From the NCBI GenBank assembly GCA_964016885.1, contig OZ024745.1:106888001-106952000 (forward strand): DNA of 64,000 bases, read 5' to 3'. Shown here piece after piece: positions 18,610-34,100 of the stretch (the first letter of the stretch is position 1; every line of letters begins with the position of its first letter). The notes under the pieces were generated by a model that saw only the letters and a program-made list of their open reading frames with translations, ran no database searches and was not told the origin of the DNA. Both the position numbers and the translations under genes were made by a program. Source of the stretch: Eledone cirrhosa (Eukaryota).

Positions 18610-19516
18610 CCTCTATATGGTCGCTCAACTTGCTAGAAATAGCAGCGAAATATACTTCAAATTACATGCCCTACTGTTCTAGTAAAGGAGCTATAATATT
18701 AGGGGATGCGATCCTAGAATACATTGTATATGAAGGGAATTCACAGATCTATAAGGTCTATGTGGAGTGCTTTTGATTATAGGTCTGTACAATTAGGGGG
18801 CTGCGCTTGGGTTAAACAATAACTGAAACTATTTTTTTGTTTGTTTTAAAAGTATAACGAATACATAAGATATAATACAAAAAATAAGAGTTACACATTT
18901 GTTTCAGTCTTTCCTATATCGTAGTTATATTTATTTATTTTTTCTTCATCTTTTTATCTATCTAATTAGTCAAGAAACACTGAAACAAGCGCACATATTC
19001 AAATCATCTCTAATTTAACCCGTTTTGATTATTATTACTATTTATCTTTTATCAGGACTGAGGTGAATAAACCAGACGATGGTTGTGATGATGATGATAA
19101 ACAATAATTCATTTGCCCCGGGATCAAAACACCAAATAAACAGCAGTACGATGTGTAACAATGATACATGCTACACATATGCTATATACATATATATATA
19201 TGTGTGTGTGTTATATCATATGTTCATACACGGAATAAAAACGCTGCCTAAGGTTTCAAGGCCCAATATTGACCATATCTCCAGAATGTAAGAGGGATGT
19301 AAAACTGACCTAATCTTCTGCCACTTATACGAGTTCATAAGATACCGTTAAAAGTAATGAGTGTTAAAATATATGTATATTTATGTTAATTCACAATGAG
19401 CATTCTTTTTTCAGTTCATTAAAACTGATTATATATATATATTAGTCACTACAGGTTTTCCGAGAAGAACGGAAGGAACCACTGTTAAGATACACAGTAT
19501 ATTAGTGTATAAGGCG

Positions 19517-19563
<47 letters not shown>

Positions 19564-21265
19564 ACAGGTACATATATGTGGCTAAATAGATGCTAGATTA
19601 GAATAAATAGTAAGAAAACTACAAGCAAATATATACACACATACACAAATATCCCAAATGAAACAAGAACAAGCGGAAAAATATTATACTGAACATAACA
19701 ACGGATAGAAGTGGGGTGAATATATGAATTGAGTTCCGGCTGTAAAACCTATTTAGAGTAAACAGTACGAGGTGATATATTTTTAGTGAAACATTCTGAT
19801 TTACGGGACGTGTAGTAGTAATAGTAGTAGCAACAATACTACAAGTAGCAATAGTAGTCGTAGTAGTAGTAAGCATTTGTAAGTTTGTTATTTTTTCTTT
19901 TTATTTTTCATCAGACAGACTAGGACACTTCAGGAACAACCGCAACGCAGACAAAACACGGAGATTCCCGAGCCAACTAGAAGTCTCTTCGTGGTCGCTC
20001 GACTTAATAGAAAGTGCAAACAAAACTCTTTCAAATTACACGCTACAGTCTTTAGAAAATAAGAGTGAGAGAAGAAAAGAATTAGGGAATATAGTCAAAC
20101 AGATGGGATGGTCACGACAAGAATGTGCTTAATCATACATCTCGATTAGGCTTGACCTGGAACTAATCACCGAACAACTAAACGTGGTCGATCGAATTGC
20201 TATATAGAAGAAGCAGCCAAATCTCCCTCAAACTTCAGCCATACCGACTTTTTAAAAAAGGGACATATGGGGATATTGGAGTCATAGATATTATACACTG
20301 TGTGAAAAAAAAATGGGAAGGTCACAACTGAAACGCCTTTGATTATAAGGTTTACTCCATAGAGACAAACCTATCACTACACCATCATAAACCTTTGTGG
20401 AAGCCACTATGCATTCGTCCGCCCCGTTAGAAATATACAAATCTTTTAAATCTAACTACCTTCTTAAAATAAATAAATAACTATTTGATATTGTATCAAA
20501 AAGGAAAAGATAAATAACTCGTTCGTTGATCACGGCTTCATCGTAAATCAGCTCAAAGACGACCTGGGGCTAAACAAGAACAACAACATAGTAGTATATA
20601 TATAGTACGTGTATGTAAGAAACATAAACAGGTTGAGTGTAAGGGGCGAGCGAACACATATGTGTCAGTATGATATATACGAGATGGATTTGGGGTGTAA
20701 AGAGCGCGCGAGTGTTTGTATGCGCGCGGATATACGTATGTGTGTGTGTGTATGTTTCAGTGTTATAGAAATGAAAGAGAGGTGGGGTGTAGTCTAGTGT
20801 AATCTTTATCTTGTTTCATAGAGAGCACGTGTTATAACGACTGACTTTGAGCAAAGTGTATAGGTCAACTATACACACAAAAATACATCGTACATACATC
20901 ATATTTACAAACAGTACATTACAAATGTACATAAAACACAGTTTACCAACAGTTTCGTAGTTTGAGAGATAGAAACATTCAATAACTGCTACGGAAGTCA
21001 GACACACAATGTATATATACATATATGTGTGTGTGTGTATCTGTCTGTCGTAGCAGTTATTGTATATATATATATATATATATATATAATCAAGTTAACA
21101 CGAGGCTGTTCGATGTGCTAGAAGTAACAGCCAAATATACATCCAGTCAGAGCCACATTTAAATATTCATAGATAGACTACGTATGAGAATAAAACTTGA
21201 TAGTCATGGCTGGAACGCCTTTAAACACATGTCTGTACCACTAAGTCGGACGTGAGGCTAAACAG
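18610..21265 (+). repeat. Cluster of diverged copies of an unclassified dispersed repeat (TGCTAGAAATAGCAGCCAAAT...GACCTGGGGCTAAACAA)
   Basis: Motif pair recurs near 18610, 19980, 20180, 20400 and 21110, and also near 13360, 13560, 18160, 52740, 52970 and 62570; inverted near 12000 and 17450-17950. Confidence 0.7.
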
Positions 21266-21703
21266 CAGTGCATTTATATTTTATTAGATGAATGAAGCTC
21301 ATTGAATTTAGTTTCACCTTTTCGTATGAGTGATCGGATGCGTGAAACTCAATTATTAATGAAGGAGCTTCAGTAACTTTTCACCGATTGTAAACAAACA
21401 TTCATCAATCTACACACATATATATTATAGTCAATGTGATAAACATTGAAACAGAAACAATTAATTAGCAAAGTATTAATCACTCCATCTGACAGTATTA
21501 AATGATGACAATCGTCATGGACAACCGATATTCCAATATCTCATGTGTATATTAAACTTGAAGTTTTTAATACTGTCTCATTTTTGCAGTTAGGATAGTA
21601 TACACAGACAGGCAAATTAACATAGAGCAATCCAGAAAATAGAAAAAAAGCTGTAAATGCTTTTATGGTGTAAAAATTTAGATTTATCATCAATCCCATT
21701 CAA

Positions 21704-21734
<31 letters not shown>

Positions 21735-23403
21735 GCTCACGCACGCGCGCGGAACAAGCGGTAGGAGATAACCTGTAAGCTAGGGAATACAGCTGGAAAG
21801 GGAACTTATCCTTGGCTGTCAGGGGTAATCCCAGACCTGTGAAATTCTTTTAACTAGTGGTCTTTCTATTGGGACAAAACCATATTTTGTATACTGTATA
21901 CTAACGTCACGTTTCATTTTATTGGAGGTCAATGTAAACCCCCAACAATTATTGTAATTTAACCTACAATATTCCCTCATTTGTCGCCCTTGTGACCATA
22001 ATAAATTAAGGATATATATATATATATATAGCACACACACACACACACACAACAGTAGAATGCACCAACGCAATCACCTGTGTTATAACTTACATGATCA
22101 GACTGTGTATATACACATACAGAGGAGTGTGTGTTTATGAATTCGTCTTCGTGTTTTATTATTAAAAGTATATTCATGTTGAATTAACTAGAATACATGC
22201 AAACGTCTTTTGTGACACGAAAAGGAGCTGAAAATGTATTTTATAGACACACACACACACACACACACACACATTACAAACATATTTATATATCTGACAA
22301 GTTGGTTTACCTGCTAACAATATTTTTTCTTCTCTGTCTTCCTCTCCGTAATCATAAATCATAGTTGTTACATTTGTCTCCTCGTAGATAGCATAAAAGT
22401 ATGTTAACTTATGTGTAAATACATGTACTATTTTCTATATGTGCGTGTGTGTGTGTAAGCATGTTATACTTGTAAAGATGTATGTATGTATGTGAATGTG
22501 TAATGGGGTATATAACCTTATGTATTTTATGAAATGCCAGAAAGTGCGATAACGTATGGTTAAGTTTACATATGTTGTGTGTATGTATATATATATATAT
22601 GTATGAATTGTGTAGTTCAGTTAAACATCTCTCAATGTTTAGTAGAGTAGTAATAACTCCCCGTATGGTATATACGGCTGGACTGCCTCTGACAGGACTG
22701 AAGAGTTTAGAAGAGAGGAGACGAAGTAATAGCAAACTGGAGGAGGAGAAGGAGGCGCAGAAATAGTAAAAGAAACAAGCGGGGGGGAGAGAGGAAAGAG
22801 AAATAAAATCAACAAGGAAAAGTAGCAGGGGAAGGTATAAATAATACCAGAGCAGAGTAGAAGGGAGAGGAATCAAGGTAAAACATTAGAGAGGGGGTGA
22901 ACCATATAAATGGGTGGAGACGGAGAAGACAACGTGAACCTGTAATGGTAGGAGTAAGTAATAGCATAGAGGAAGTGAGTGATAGCTGTAGTGCTATGTT
23001 TGTAAGAGGTAGTAGGAGGAATGCCATGATAGACAAGTAAGAAAGGGAGAGAGGGGGATATACAGAAGTAATAAAGATATAAATAAAAATCAACAAAATA
23101 AATAGAACACTCTCACACACACGCACTTATATAGTCGTACTTACAAACAAATACACACACACATACACACCTCTTTCTGCTCCTCCTAGTTTACACACTT
23201 ACTCTCTTTATCCCCCTCTCTATATATAACTATATATATATATATATATATATTATTTTATATGTGTACTCCTCTTCTATATGTAGGAGGGAGTAAATCA
23301 GTTCAGAGTAGAGAGAGAGAGAGGGGTATAAGGAAAAAGTAAAGGTATGAACGTTTATGCGTGTGTGCAGTGTGTGTAGTGAAGCGTAAAAAAGGAGTGA
23401 GTG

Positions 23404-23478
23404 ACATACGTATGGCTGTGTGCTTAAGAAGTTGACTTTGCAACGACACAGTTCCGAGTTCGATACCACTGCGCGGCG
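23404..23478 (+). mobile_element. tRNA-derived SINE head fragment
   Basis: TGGCTGTGTGCTTAAG A-box-like and GAGTTCGATACC B-box-like motifs; no complete cloverleaf. Confidence 0.55.
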
Positions 23479-23688
23479 ATATCATTTTACACACACAAAC
23501 AAACAAACACACACACATATGAGTTCTTTAATATATCTCTAATAACATAATACAGCCAATTATCCACACAATACAATATAGTTAGCACCCCAAACGTTTT
23601 AATTGGGAATATACTCCGGTATTTCCTAATGTTTGTTGAGTGAGTTAGAAATTGGTCAGAGTATCGCTAATAGCTTTCTCCGTTTATG

Positions 23689-23768
<80 letters not shown>

Positions 23769-23859
23769 TTATTCCGGGTTGAATTGGAGGTAAGGACAGT
23801 GAGTAAGGTACTCAATACATAGCAGAGTATAAATGTTTTAATATAGAAGAGCTTCTATA

Positions 23860-23894
<35 letters not shown>

Positions 23895-23989
23895 GTTTCT
23901 ACTTTTTGGCACAAGGCCAGCAAATTACCCAGTGCGTGACTGGTACTTTATTTTATCGACCCCGTAAGGATGAAAGGCAAAGTTAACCT

Positions 23990-24360
23990 CGACTCCCGGC
24001 ATTCGTGGTCCCGGTTATTCGAGGGATTTTTCCTTAGGACCTAACTAATAATTGTTCGTGGAAACCACCGCATATTCGCGGAATCGTAAATATCTTCCGC
24101 GATTTATTTTATGGATTTTTCGTACCAATATATATATATTTTTTTTAATGTTAAATTATTAATAACAATATATCGTATTTGCCGGCCTATTGCACTCTCT
24201 TTCGCATAAGACGCTCTTTCTTTTTTTTCTTTTTATTATATGCTACGTTATATTTTGATGTTTATATGCATTTTTATGAACCACGTCCAATATTCGCTGT
24301 TTTTCACTCTTCGCTAGTGCTCTAGGAACCTAACCCCCTCCAATACCGGAGGGACAACTG
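23990..24360. mobile_element. Tc1/mariner (Tigger-like) non-autonomous remnant
   Basis: Right end reads CAGTTGTCCCTCCGGTATT on the minus strand next to (TA)n, with internal ATTCGCGG/ATTCGTGG motifs. Left end is degraded and abuts a SINE fragment. Confidence 0.5.
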
Positions 24361-24361
24361 C

Positions 24362-24392
<31 letters not shown>

Positions 24393-24652
24393 CGTGTGTG
24401 TGTGCGTGTGTGTTAGTGTGTGTGTGTTAGTGTGTGTATGTTTGTGTTTGGTTAAACAGAGAAAGAGAGAAAAAAAGTAAGACTGACAGAGATATGAAAA
24501 GAAAGAAAATACTCCACAGTTTCCCCTTTTTTCTCCGACTATCTTTTTCTTTCCGTGTCGGTTTATGTAAGCACACATTCATATATACATACATCCATAT
24601 ATTATATATATATATAAATGTGTGTGTGCGTATATATATGTATGGGGGAGTA

Positions 24653-24701
<49 letters not shown>

Positions 24702-24740
24702 GACGTGTACGCTCAGCCGTCGGGGTCCTGACTCTTTTCC

Positions 24741-24774
<34 letters not shown>

Positions 24775-24923
24775 TAGATATGTTTCTTTATTAGCCACAA
24801 GGACACAAAAGAAGGGGACAAATACAAAGGAGGAAATTTACATACAGTAAAAACGTGTAAAATACTATCACGAATGCAATTTAAAAATTAATCGATTTTC
24901 CAGATAGATAGATAGATAGATAG

Positions 24924-25037
<114 letters not shown>

Positions 25038-25216
25038 AAATAATTCTACACTCGTCCTATGGACTGAGTGCTTTTACACATGGATATTTCTACCAAACTT
25101 CTAATACAGTATGTATGTGTGTATGTATGTATGTATATATATATATGTGTGTGTGTGTGAATGTATGTATGTGAATGTCTGTGTGTGTGTGATATATGCA
25201 AACAAAGCAGGAGAGT

Positions 25217-25252
<36 letters not shown>

Positions 25253-25613
25253 TGTGGGGAAAACGGGGGGAGAAAGAAAGAAAGAAAGAAAAAGTTGTGA
25301 AAGAGGAAAGAAGTTGTATAATGCACGAAACTGACAGAGTGAAATATGTACTGTGACAAGAAGGTAAGTTAATAAATGAACGACATAGAGAGAAAGAGTG
25401 TGGTAGATAGAGGGCGAGAAAGAGAGAGAAAGAAAGTTACAGGTGGGGGGGGGGGCACAGATTAAAGGTTGTGGTAGATAAAGACTATTCAGTATATACG
25501 TTTGAATGTACGTATGAGCATGTATGTGTGTGTGTGTATGTGCATAGGTATGCGCGATACTTTCTTGCAAAATGAATTTCTCTCTCTCTATCTATCTATC
25601 TATCCATCTATGT

Positions 25614-25649
<36 letters not shown>

Positions 25650-25955
25650 CTCTCTCTATATATATATGCAGAAGTTATATTTAATTTGTTGGGATTCAAC
25701 AAGCTTAAAAGTTTTATAACTGATATAAAGTACTCAACTAGTTACTGGAGTAAATATTCAATATATTAATCAAGCGAACCTTCAACCGCCAAGGTTGTTT
25801 TTCTACGGGTATGTCAGCATTTATAAAACATTTTGTATTTTATCGGATGAAAGCGCACCAAAATTACCTAGTTGCCCTTGAAATATATATAATAAAATAT
25901 ATATAATAAAATAATTATGGTTTTATAAATATAGTTTCCATTTATTAATATATTG

Positions 25956-26044
<89 letters not shown>

Positions 26045-26217
26045 TAGGTTCGTTGGTTCACCACTGGATAGAACTGGTCATTCCGTATGGTCAACCTCGA
26101 TGTAATATTATGAGACCACTCGACATAATGCAACTCACCCGTCTCTGTTTGTGTAGTTGGTGGTGCGAGTACGGAGTTAATTATTATAAAATTACACCAG
26201 TCCAGCCTCCTGTTGTT

Positions 26218-26256
<39 letters not shown>

Positions 26257-26267
26257 GCATACATATA

Positions 26268-26349
<82 letters not shown>

Positions 26350-26397
26350 TGTGTGTGTGTGTGCGTGTGTGCGCGTGTGTGTGCGCGTGTGTGTGTA

Positions 26398-26619
26398 AAA
26401 GGTAAACAGAAATAACAACACAATCGGTACAGTATACGGAAGGGATATATTAGGTTAACGCTTGATATAGCAGGAAGAGCGATTTTACGTTTCGGACGCT
26501 AGTCCTTCATCAGAAGAGAGAATGAGAAATAAGATTGATTGAGGAGACGGGCGGGTGGGAATTGGAAAACATGTCTTTAGATAAAAATAACAGGTCCATT
26601 CATGTTGACATCTCTTGCA
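26398..26619 (-). mobile_element. Penelope-like pLTR fragment (family B) with minimal hammerhead
   Basis: Closely matches 37555-37780 in inverted orientation, ends in (CA)n, and contains CTGATGA-A-GGAC-tagc-GTCC-GAAAC-GTA. Confidence 0.85.
26483..26517 (-). ncRNA. Minimal type I hammerhead ribozyme (PLE type)
   Basis: Intact core CUGAUGA...GAAAC-GUA, 4-bp stem II GGAC/GUCC, reduced self-complementary stem III (ACGU), weak stem I. Confidence 0.75.
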
Positions 26620-26750
26620 CGGATCTAGTTGTCAAAACGACCGGAGCTCAGCCGTCGGGGTCCTGAATCTTTTCATATTACCCACTCTACTACCCCAAGC
26701 ATCGAGTACTCTGGTGGGTTATGGTCCACCTGGTATTTTACTACACCCTA

Positions 26751-26756
<6 letters not shown>
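26620..26756 (+). mobile_element. Family A element (single arm plus tail), fused back-to-back to family B
   Basis: CGGATCTAG...CAGCCGTCGGGGTCCTG...GAGTACTCTGGTG...(TA)n. Confidence 0.85.
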
Positions 26757-27378
<622 letters not shown>

Positions 27379-27447
27379 ACTAATATTAATAAATGGAAAC
27401 TATCTTTATAAAACCATATTTATTTTATTATATATATTATATAATAA

Positions 27448-27522
<75 letters not shown>

Positions 27523-27706
27523 ATACAATAACAGAGATAGCTTAAAGCTAAACTCCGACTGGTAACCATCTCTCACTCAACAAACATTAGGTTTTATGTT
27601 AGTATAAACCCAATTTAAGTGTTTGGGGTGCTAACTATATGTATTTTGTGGGAAAGCCAGTTGTATTATTTTATGAGATATAATTAAACTTAAAATATAT
27701 ATATAT

Positions 27707-27925
27707 ATATTGTTATACTTTGGGAGGGTCATGTTGCCAATAAGAAACACACGCACCAGAAACGAAATATCGTAAGCTTTAGCCAGGCTAACAAGATACT
27801 GAAAACCACCATGTATGTGTTTCTTATTGGTTTCTTATTGGCAACATGACCCTCCCAAAGTATAACAATATCGGTTTCAACACACGATTTCAGATAAAGA
27901 ATCTTGCTAAACAAATTCAGAAACG

Positions 27926-27926
<1 letters not shown>
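27707..27926 (+). mobile_element. Fold-back element, family C, in (TA)n
   Basis: Inverted arms ATATTGTTATACTTTGGGAGGGTCATGTTGCCAATAAGAAAC and its complement, plus a ~55-bp tail. Second copy at 34806-35168. Confidence 0.85.
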
Positions 27927-27983
<57 letters not shown>

Positions 27984-28094
27984 CCCTAACTATCTATTCA
28001 TTTATCTATCTCATCCTATATGTATGTAAATGAATGTATGTATACATATATCCATGTTTGCATACATACATGCATATATACATGTTGATTGCTA

Positions 28095-29362
28095 CTTCTT
28101 GTCAGAAGTGTGCTATCCCTTCATTGAACATTGCATGATCATGTGCACCTAGGTGACTTCTTTTCAGACCTGCTTTTGTTTTTCATGCACGTTCACAGAT
28201 GTGACACCTGAACTGTCTGTCTCCTGCTAATACCGACTGGGGTGTGTTTTCATGCATTTTAATTTTACCATGGCTGGACAATCCACCCGCTGACTTGCAA
28301 ATTAAATCAAACTCACTGCAAATATGCCGTGGAGTATATGGCAGTAGAACCATCTCACAGTTGGCTCGATTTCTCTCTGGCTCGTGTGATTTCAAATGGT
28401 TAACAAAACCAGCTCGTGTTAGAAAAAAATGGCCACATACATTGCACCTCAAATCTTGCTGAATTTTTTACAGGCATTACACTTGAGTCCCGCTTACGAA
28501 GTGAACGCTTCAAAACAGCTTGCTCCACGTACTTTTTCTCAAAGAGATCACATCTATATTTGATGATCTTTCTCCATGATGTACGGCCTTGAGCCAGTCT
28601 CTTCCAGTTCTCCATATCAATCTTCAGAGCTTTAAGATTGTCATTTAAGGCATCCTCAAATCGCTTCTTTGGTTTATACTGTGGCGTTATTTCCCCTCAT
28701 AAAACAGCTCTTTAGGCAGCCTACCATCCTCCATCCTGACCACATGCCTAGCCCAGCGCATCTGGTTCATAATAATCCTCCTCTCAAAACTGGTGCTATC
28801 CGCTTTCTCAAGTATCACAGCATCAGGTATGTAAAGAGAGAACCAATTGATGTTCAGGATACGTCGTATACAATGCTGATGAAATCTTTCCAACTGCCTG
28901 ATATGATGCCTGTAAGTTGTCCACATTTTGCATTCATATAAGAGGCCTGTAAGAGAGCATTGTGTTTTTTGTGATACCCCGATTTGACCAGACTCACTTC
29001 ACAAGCTTTCCGAAGGCAAGACTTGCTTTCGCGATCCAGTGATCTATTTCTGCATCGAGGGTACCATCTCTACTACGTGTACTTCCTAGATACACAAAGC
29101 TGTCAACCACCTCAAGTTTTTTTCCTCTCACGAAAACGTCTGGACCCACATACACTCTCCCAAATGGTGGAGTGTACATGACCTTTGTCTTTTTTATACT
29201 AGTATTTAGCCCAAACACAATTCATGCATTGGAAAAGGTGTCCAATATCAACTGCATATCCTCTACTGTGTGAGCCACAAAAAATCTGCATCATCAGCAT
29301 ACAGGAATTCCCTAACAAGAGTGCCAAAAGTTTTTTGGACTTGGTGTTGAACCATCTTAGAT
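28095..29362 (-). mobile_element. 5'-truncated, frameshifted RTE-clade LINE (RT C-terminal half plus three C2H2-like zinc fingers)
   Basis: LVREFLYADDADF (YADD at 29290-29301), FGLNTSIKKTKVM, SFVYLGS, LERFHQHCIRRIL, RWARHVVRMEDGRLPKELFY, then CNVC..NHLKSH, HICSEF..SH and CHIC motifs, spread over several frames. Confidence 0.93.
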
Positions 29363-29521
29363 TTTTTTTTTTTTTTTTTGCAAAATTTTGCAAAATGCAT
29401 ACATACATGCATACATACATAATATCTTCATATACACACACTCAATTGTTATAAATATTTATTATAAATATGTGTGTGTGTGCATTTTTGGCGTATGCAT
29501 GTGTGAACGAGTGAGTGTGTT

Positions 29522-29563
<42 letters not shown>

Positions 29564-29947
29564 AGCTGATATCATTGATGCTTCGGGAAAGTATATGTCG
29601 ATTTGCTATGTGTTTTATATTATATAATAAATATAATATAATATAAACTATGATATATATATATACAGAGGCGGTGCAAGCATTTCTGAATGGGTGAAGT
29701 GGGGGGAAATTTTGTCAATTTAATTGTATTGACTAGTTTAGCTCCTTGTACTCTAAAATGGTCAGAAAATGCAATTTGATTTCAAGCAGGTCATATTACA
29801 TTTCAATAATCAATAATTATAAATTGATTATAGCAAAATGACCTATGAAACCTGTCTCTGAGTATACATACTAGCAATTGGCAAATAGTGATAAATGGAG
29901 AAAAAGTTATGACAAGGAAAAAAAAAAAAAAACTATGAAAGTTAACA

Positions 29948-30412
29948 TAATAATTGTTTCTACTTTTGGCACAAGGCCAGCAATGACCCAGTGCATTACT
30001 GGTACTTTATTTTATCGACCCCGTAAGGATGAAAGGCAAAGTCAACTTCGGCGGGATTTGAACTCAGATCATAAAGGGCCGTAACTCTATGCTGCAAAGC
30101 ATGGCGTCCGACCCTCTACCGATACTGCCAATCCACCGCCCTTAACATAATAATTGTTTATACGTTAGGCACAAGGCCAGCAATTACCCAGTGTATTACT
30201 GGTACTTTATTTTATCGACCCCGTAAGGATGAAAGGCAAAGTTAACCTCCGCGGGATTTGAACTCAGAATGGCAAGGCCCTTAACATAATAATTGTTTCT
30301 ACTTTGGCACAAGGCCAGTAATTACCCAGTGCATTACTGGTACTTTATTTTATCGACCCCGTAAGGATGAAAGGCAAAGTTAACCTCGGCGGGATTTGAA
30401 CTCAGAATGGCA
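29948..30412 (-). mobile_element. Head-to-tail array of 3 tRNA-derived SINE copies (1 full, 2 5'-truncated)
   Basis: Minus strand: GGCGGTGGATTGGCAGTATCGGTAGAG (A box), GAGTTCAAATCCC (B box), GCCTTTCATCCTTACGGGGTCGATAAAATAAAGTACCAG, and an AGAAACAATTATT tail. Confidence 0.9.
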
Positions 30413-30549
30413 TTACAGTTTTATTATCAAATATCAACCAAGATACAAAAAAAAATTCGATATGTGATAAACCTAACATGGATATCAATTGTAGCGCATA
30501 TACAAATAGATGTGTATTTTGGCAGTTTTGAGGAGAAAAAATAACTATT

Positions 30550-31348
<799 letters not shown>

Positions 31349-32299
31349 TATATATATATATGTATATATATACACACATACAGCTTGCACATCAGTACAC
31401 TTCCTTCATCAGCTGTTGGTTTGGATGTCATGACGGTTTCAGCAATTTTCCAATTTTCCGAGCCAGTGGAACACGGTATGTTTGATTTCTTTTCTTAGAT
31501 GATCAAATGTTAAAACCTGTTTGCCTATTTGTTGTGTATTAGATTGTTCATATGATTGGCAAATAACTTCAGTGCTCTTTTATATCCACTTTACACTTAG
31601 ACTAACTCAAGGAGTAGAATATTTTACTGAAAAGATTTAATGATATCGGAACATGTTTGTTTCGTTCATCAGTTTACAATACTAGACCCTCAACCATTCC
31701 AATCTGTGTTATTACTTATAAGAATTATTTCCTTTCTTTGTTATTCTCTATTAAGCACTCTTAATTGGTTATATAATCTCTGTCGAAGTTTTCCAGTCCT
31801 TTATATTCCATGTGAAAAACGCGCACGTGCACATTCATAATTAAACTATACATTAACACTAAACTCTTTTTTATATTGGGAACATTCGAATTTTTCAGGT
31901 GTCATTGTGGAATATTAAGCAAAAATGGTTAGGAACCAGTTGTCTAGAGGTTGATTGAAACATTTGCATTGGTTCAAAAAATGTTCTATCAATACAAGAA
32001 GGGAGTAAGTAAGAACAAATCTAAAAAAAAAATCAAACGAGAGAAAGAGGCAACAAGTGAAATGGATTACAATGTAATTGAAGAAACTAGTAGAATGCTA
32101 GTAATTTTCCAATGCTACTAAGTCCAGGTCTTTTTCGTCGATACTGCTTCATAAGTTTTCCCACAGTCATCCCACTTATGATGACATCGTCAGTCTGAGG
32201 AGGCGTCAACTATGGTACTTAATAACGCCCACTTCACTATTAAAAATATATATACATATATAACACAATATTGCAAGTGGAAGGTATAGGGTAAAAAAA

Positions 32300-32603
32300 A
32301 AACATCCTTCAGTCTCGAATGACTATGGGATTTGCATCAGGAAAGGTCCCTCCCGAGGCCCAAGCCTTGGCAAGTTCTTTTTGTGAAAGAAAGCCGTCAC
32401 CTATGCTTCCCAGAGTCCCTTCCTTACGTCACCGATGCTGTCCAAGAGAAAGCAGTAACGTCGCAACTCATTTCTATAACTGAGTGAACTGGAGCAACAG
32501 GAAATAAATTGTCTTGCTTAATGTCACAACACACCGCTTGCTCCGGGTATCCAACACATAAACTCACAAATCTAAGCTCTAACCACATAGATACGCACCT
32601 TCA
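32300..32603 (-). mobile_element. Diverged tRNA-derived SINE
   Basis: Minus strand resembles the 7862 SINE (TGTGGTTAGAGC head; AAGCAAGACAATTTATTTCCTGTTGCTCCAGTTCACTCAG centre). Confidence 0.65.
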
Positions 32604-32661
32604 CATGTAAGATATATGTACATATATATATATGTATATGAAGTTATAGGTGTGTATATAT

Positions 32662-33045
32662 ATATATTCTTTTCTAAGGCGGGTAAAATTCCCGAGATCC
32701 ATGGACGAGTTCTCTCCAGCGGTCTCTGTCCCTCATTATCGCTGTCATGTCCTCCGTCTTCAATAGACCAGTGTCTGTCCTTAGGGCATCAACATACGTT
32801 AACCTTGGTCTTCCTCTTCTAGTGTGTCCATGTAGGGGCTCGCAAAGGAGCACTGAGTGCAATGTCAACTCTGGATGTCGGTGAGCATGTCCAGCTAACC
32901 TCAGTCTCCTCTGTGTCACTTTTGAGCTGACTTTTGGGATGCTCCCATACAGCTCTGAGTTTTTCATCCTCAGTGTATACTGATTAATGTTCAGAGCCAT
33001 CCTTAGCATTCTCGTGTAGCACCCATCCACCATCTGAGTGAGTTT
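32662..33045 (-). mobile_element. 3' fragment of an RTE-X-like LINE ORF with (TA)n tail
   Basis: DGCYTRMLRMALNI...[39 protein letters not shown]; stop codon followed within ~10 nt by (TA)n. Confidence 0.88.
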
Positions 33046-33224
33046 CTTGGAAATGAAAAGAAAAGTATATATATATACATGTGTAAAGAGACAAGCTGAA
33101 GCAAGATATGTTTGTGTCTCTTAAGGTCATGGACTGTGAGAGCGTCATTATCTGAACCAACAAAATTGTCTGTGGTTAATAAGAATTAAAACCTACTTCA
33201 TCTCTTATTGTTATAATGCTTTTT

Positions 33225-34100
33225 AGGGCGGTGAATAGGCAGTATCGGTAGAGGGTTGGACACCATGCTTTCTAGCATAGTTATGTCCCTTTACGGTCTG
33301 AGTTCAAATCCCGTCGAGGTTAACTTTGCCTTTCATCCTTACAGGGTCGATAAAATAAAGTACCAATAATGTACTGTGTAATTGCTGGCCTTGTGCCAAA
33401 ATTAGAAACAATTATTATAATGCTTGTAAGAGGGCGGTGATTTAACAGTATCGGTAGAGCATCGGGCAACATGCTTTGCAGCATAGAGTTATGGCTTTTT
33501 ATGTCCAGAGTTTTATGTCGGGCCGAGGTAGGCCTTTCATCCTTACGGGGTCGATAAAATAAAGTACCAGTCACTCACTGGGGCCGATTTAATCGACTTT
33601 CCCCTCCCCCAAAATTGATGGCCTTGTGCCTATATGAGAAACCATTATCATAATGATTTTAAGAGCGGTGGATTAACAGTATCCGTAGAGGATCGGACAA
33701 CATGCATTGCAGCATAGAGTTACGGCTTTTTACGTCCACAGTTCAAATTGCACCGAGGTAGGCTTTGTCTCTCATCGTTACGGTCGTTAAAATAAAACAC
33801 CAGTAACGTACTGGGTCGATTTAATCGACTTTTCTATTCCCTTTAAATTTCTGGCTATGTGATGTAGAAACAATTGATTTCTGGTTTAGGCACAAGGCCA
33901 GCAATTTGGAGGGGTGGGGAAAGTCGATTAAATCGACCCCAATGTATTACTGGTATTTTATTTTATCGACCCCGTAAGGATGAAAGGCAAAGTTAACCTC
34001 GACGGGATTTGAACTCAGAACGTAAAAAGACGTAACTATGCCGCAAAGCATGATGTCCGACGCTCTAACGATACTGCCAATTCATCCCTCTACAAACAAT
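33225..34100. mobile_element. Cluster of tRNA-derived SINEs: 3 tandem on +, 1 on - (33875-34090)
   Basis: Same family as 29948-30412. Most copies keep the longer GTCGATTTAATCGACTTTCCCC internal segment. Confidence 0.88.

Noticed and set aside
32196-32215. CTGAGGA as a hammerhead core
   Set aside because: No downstream GAAA or supporting stems.
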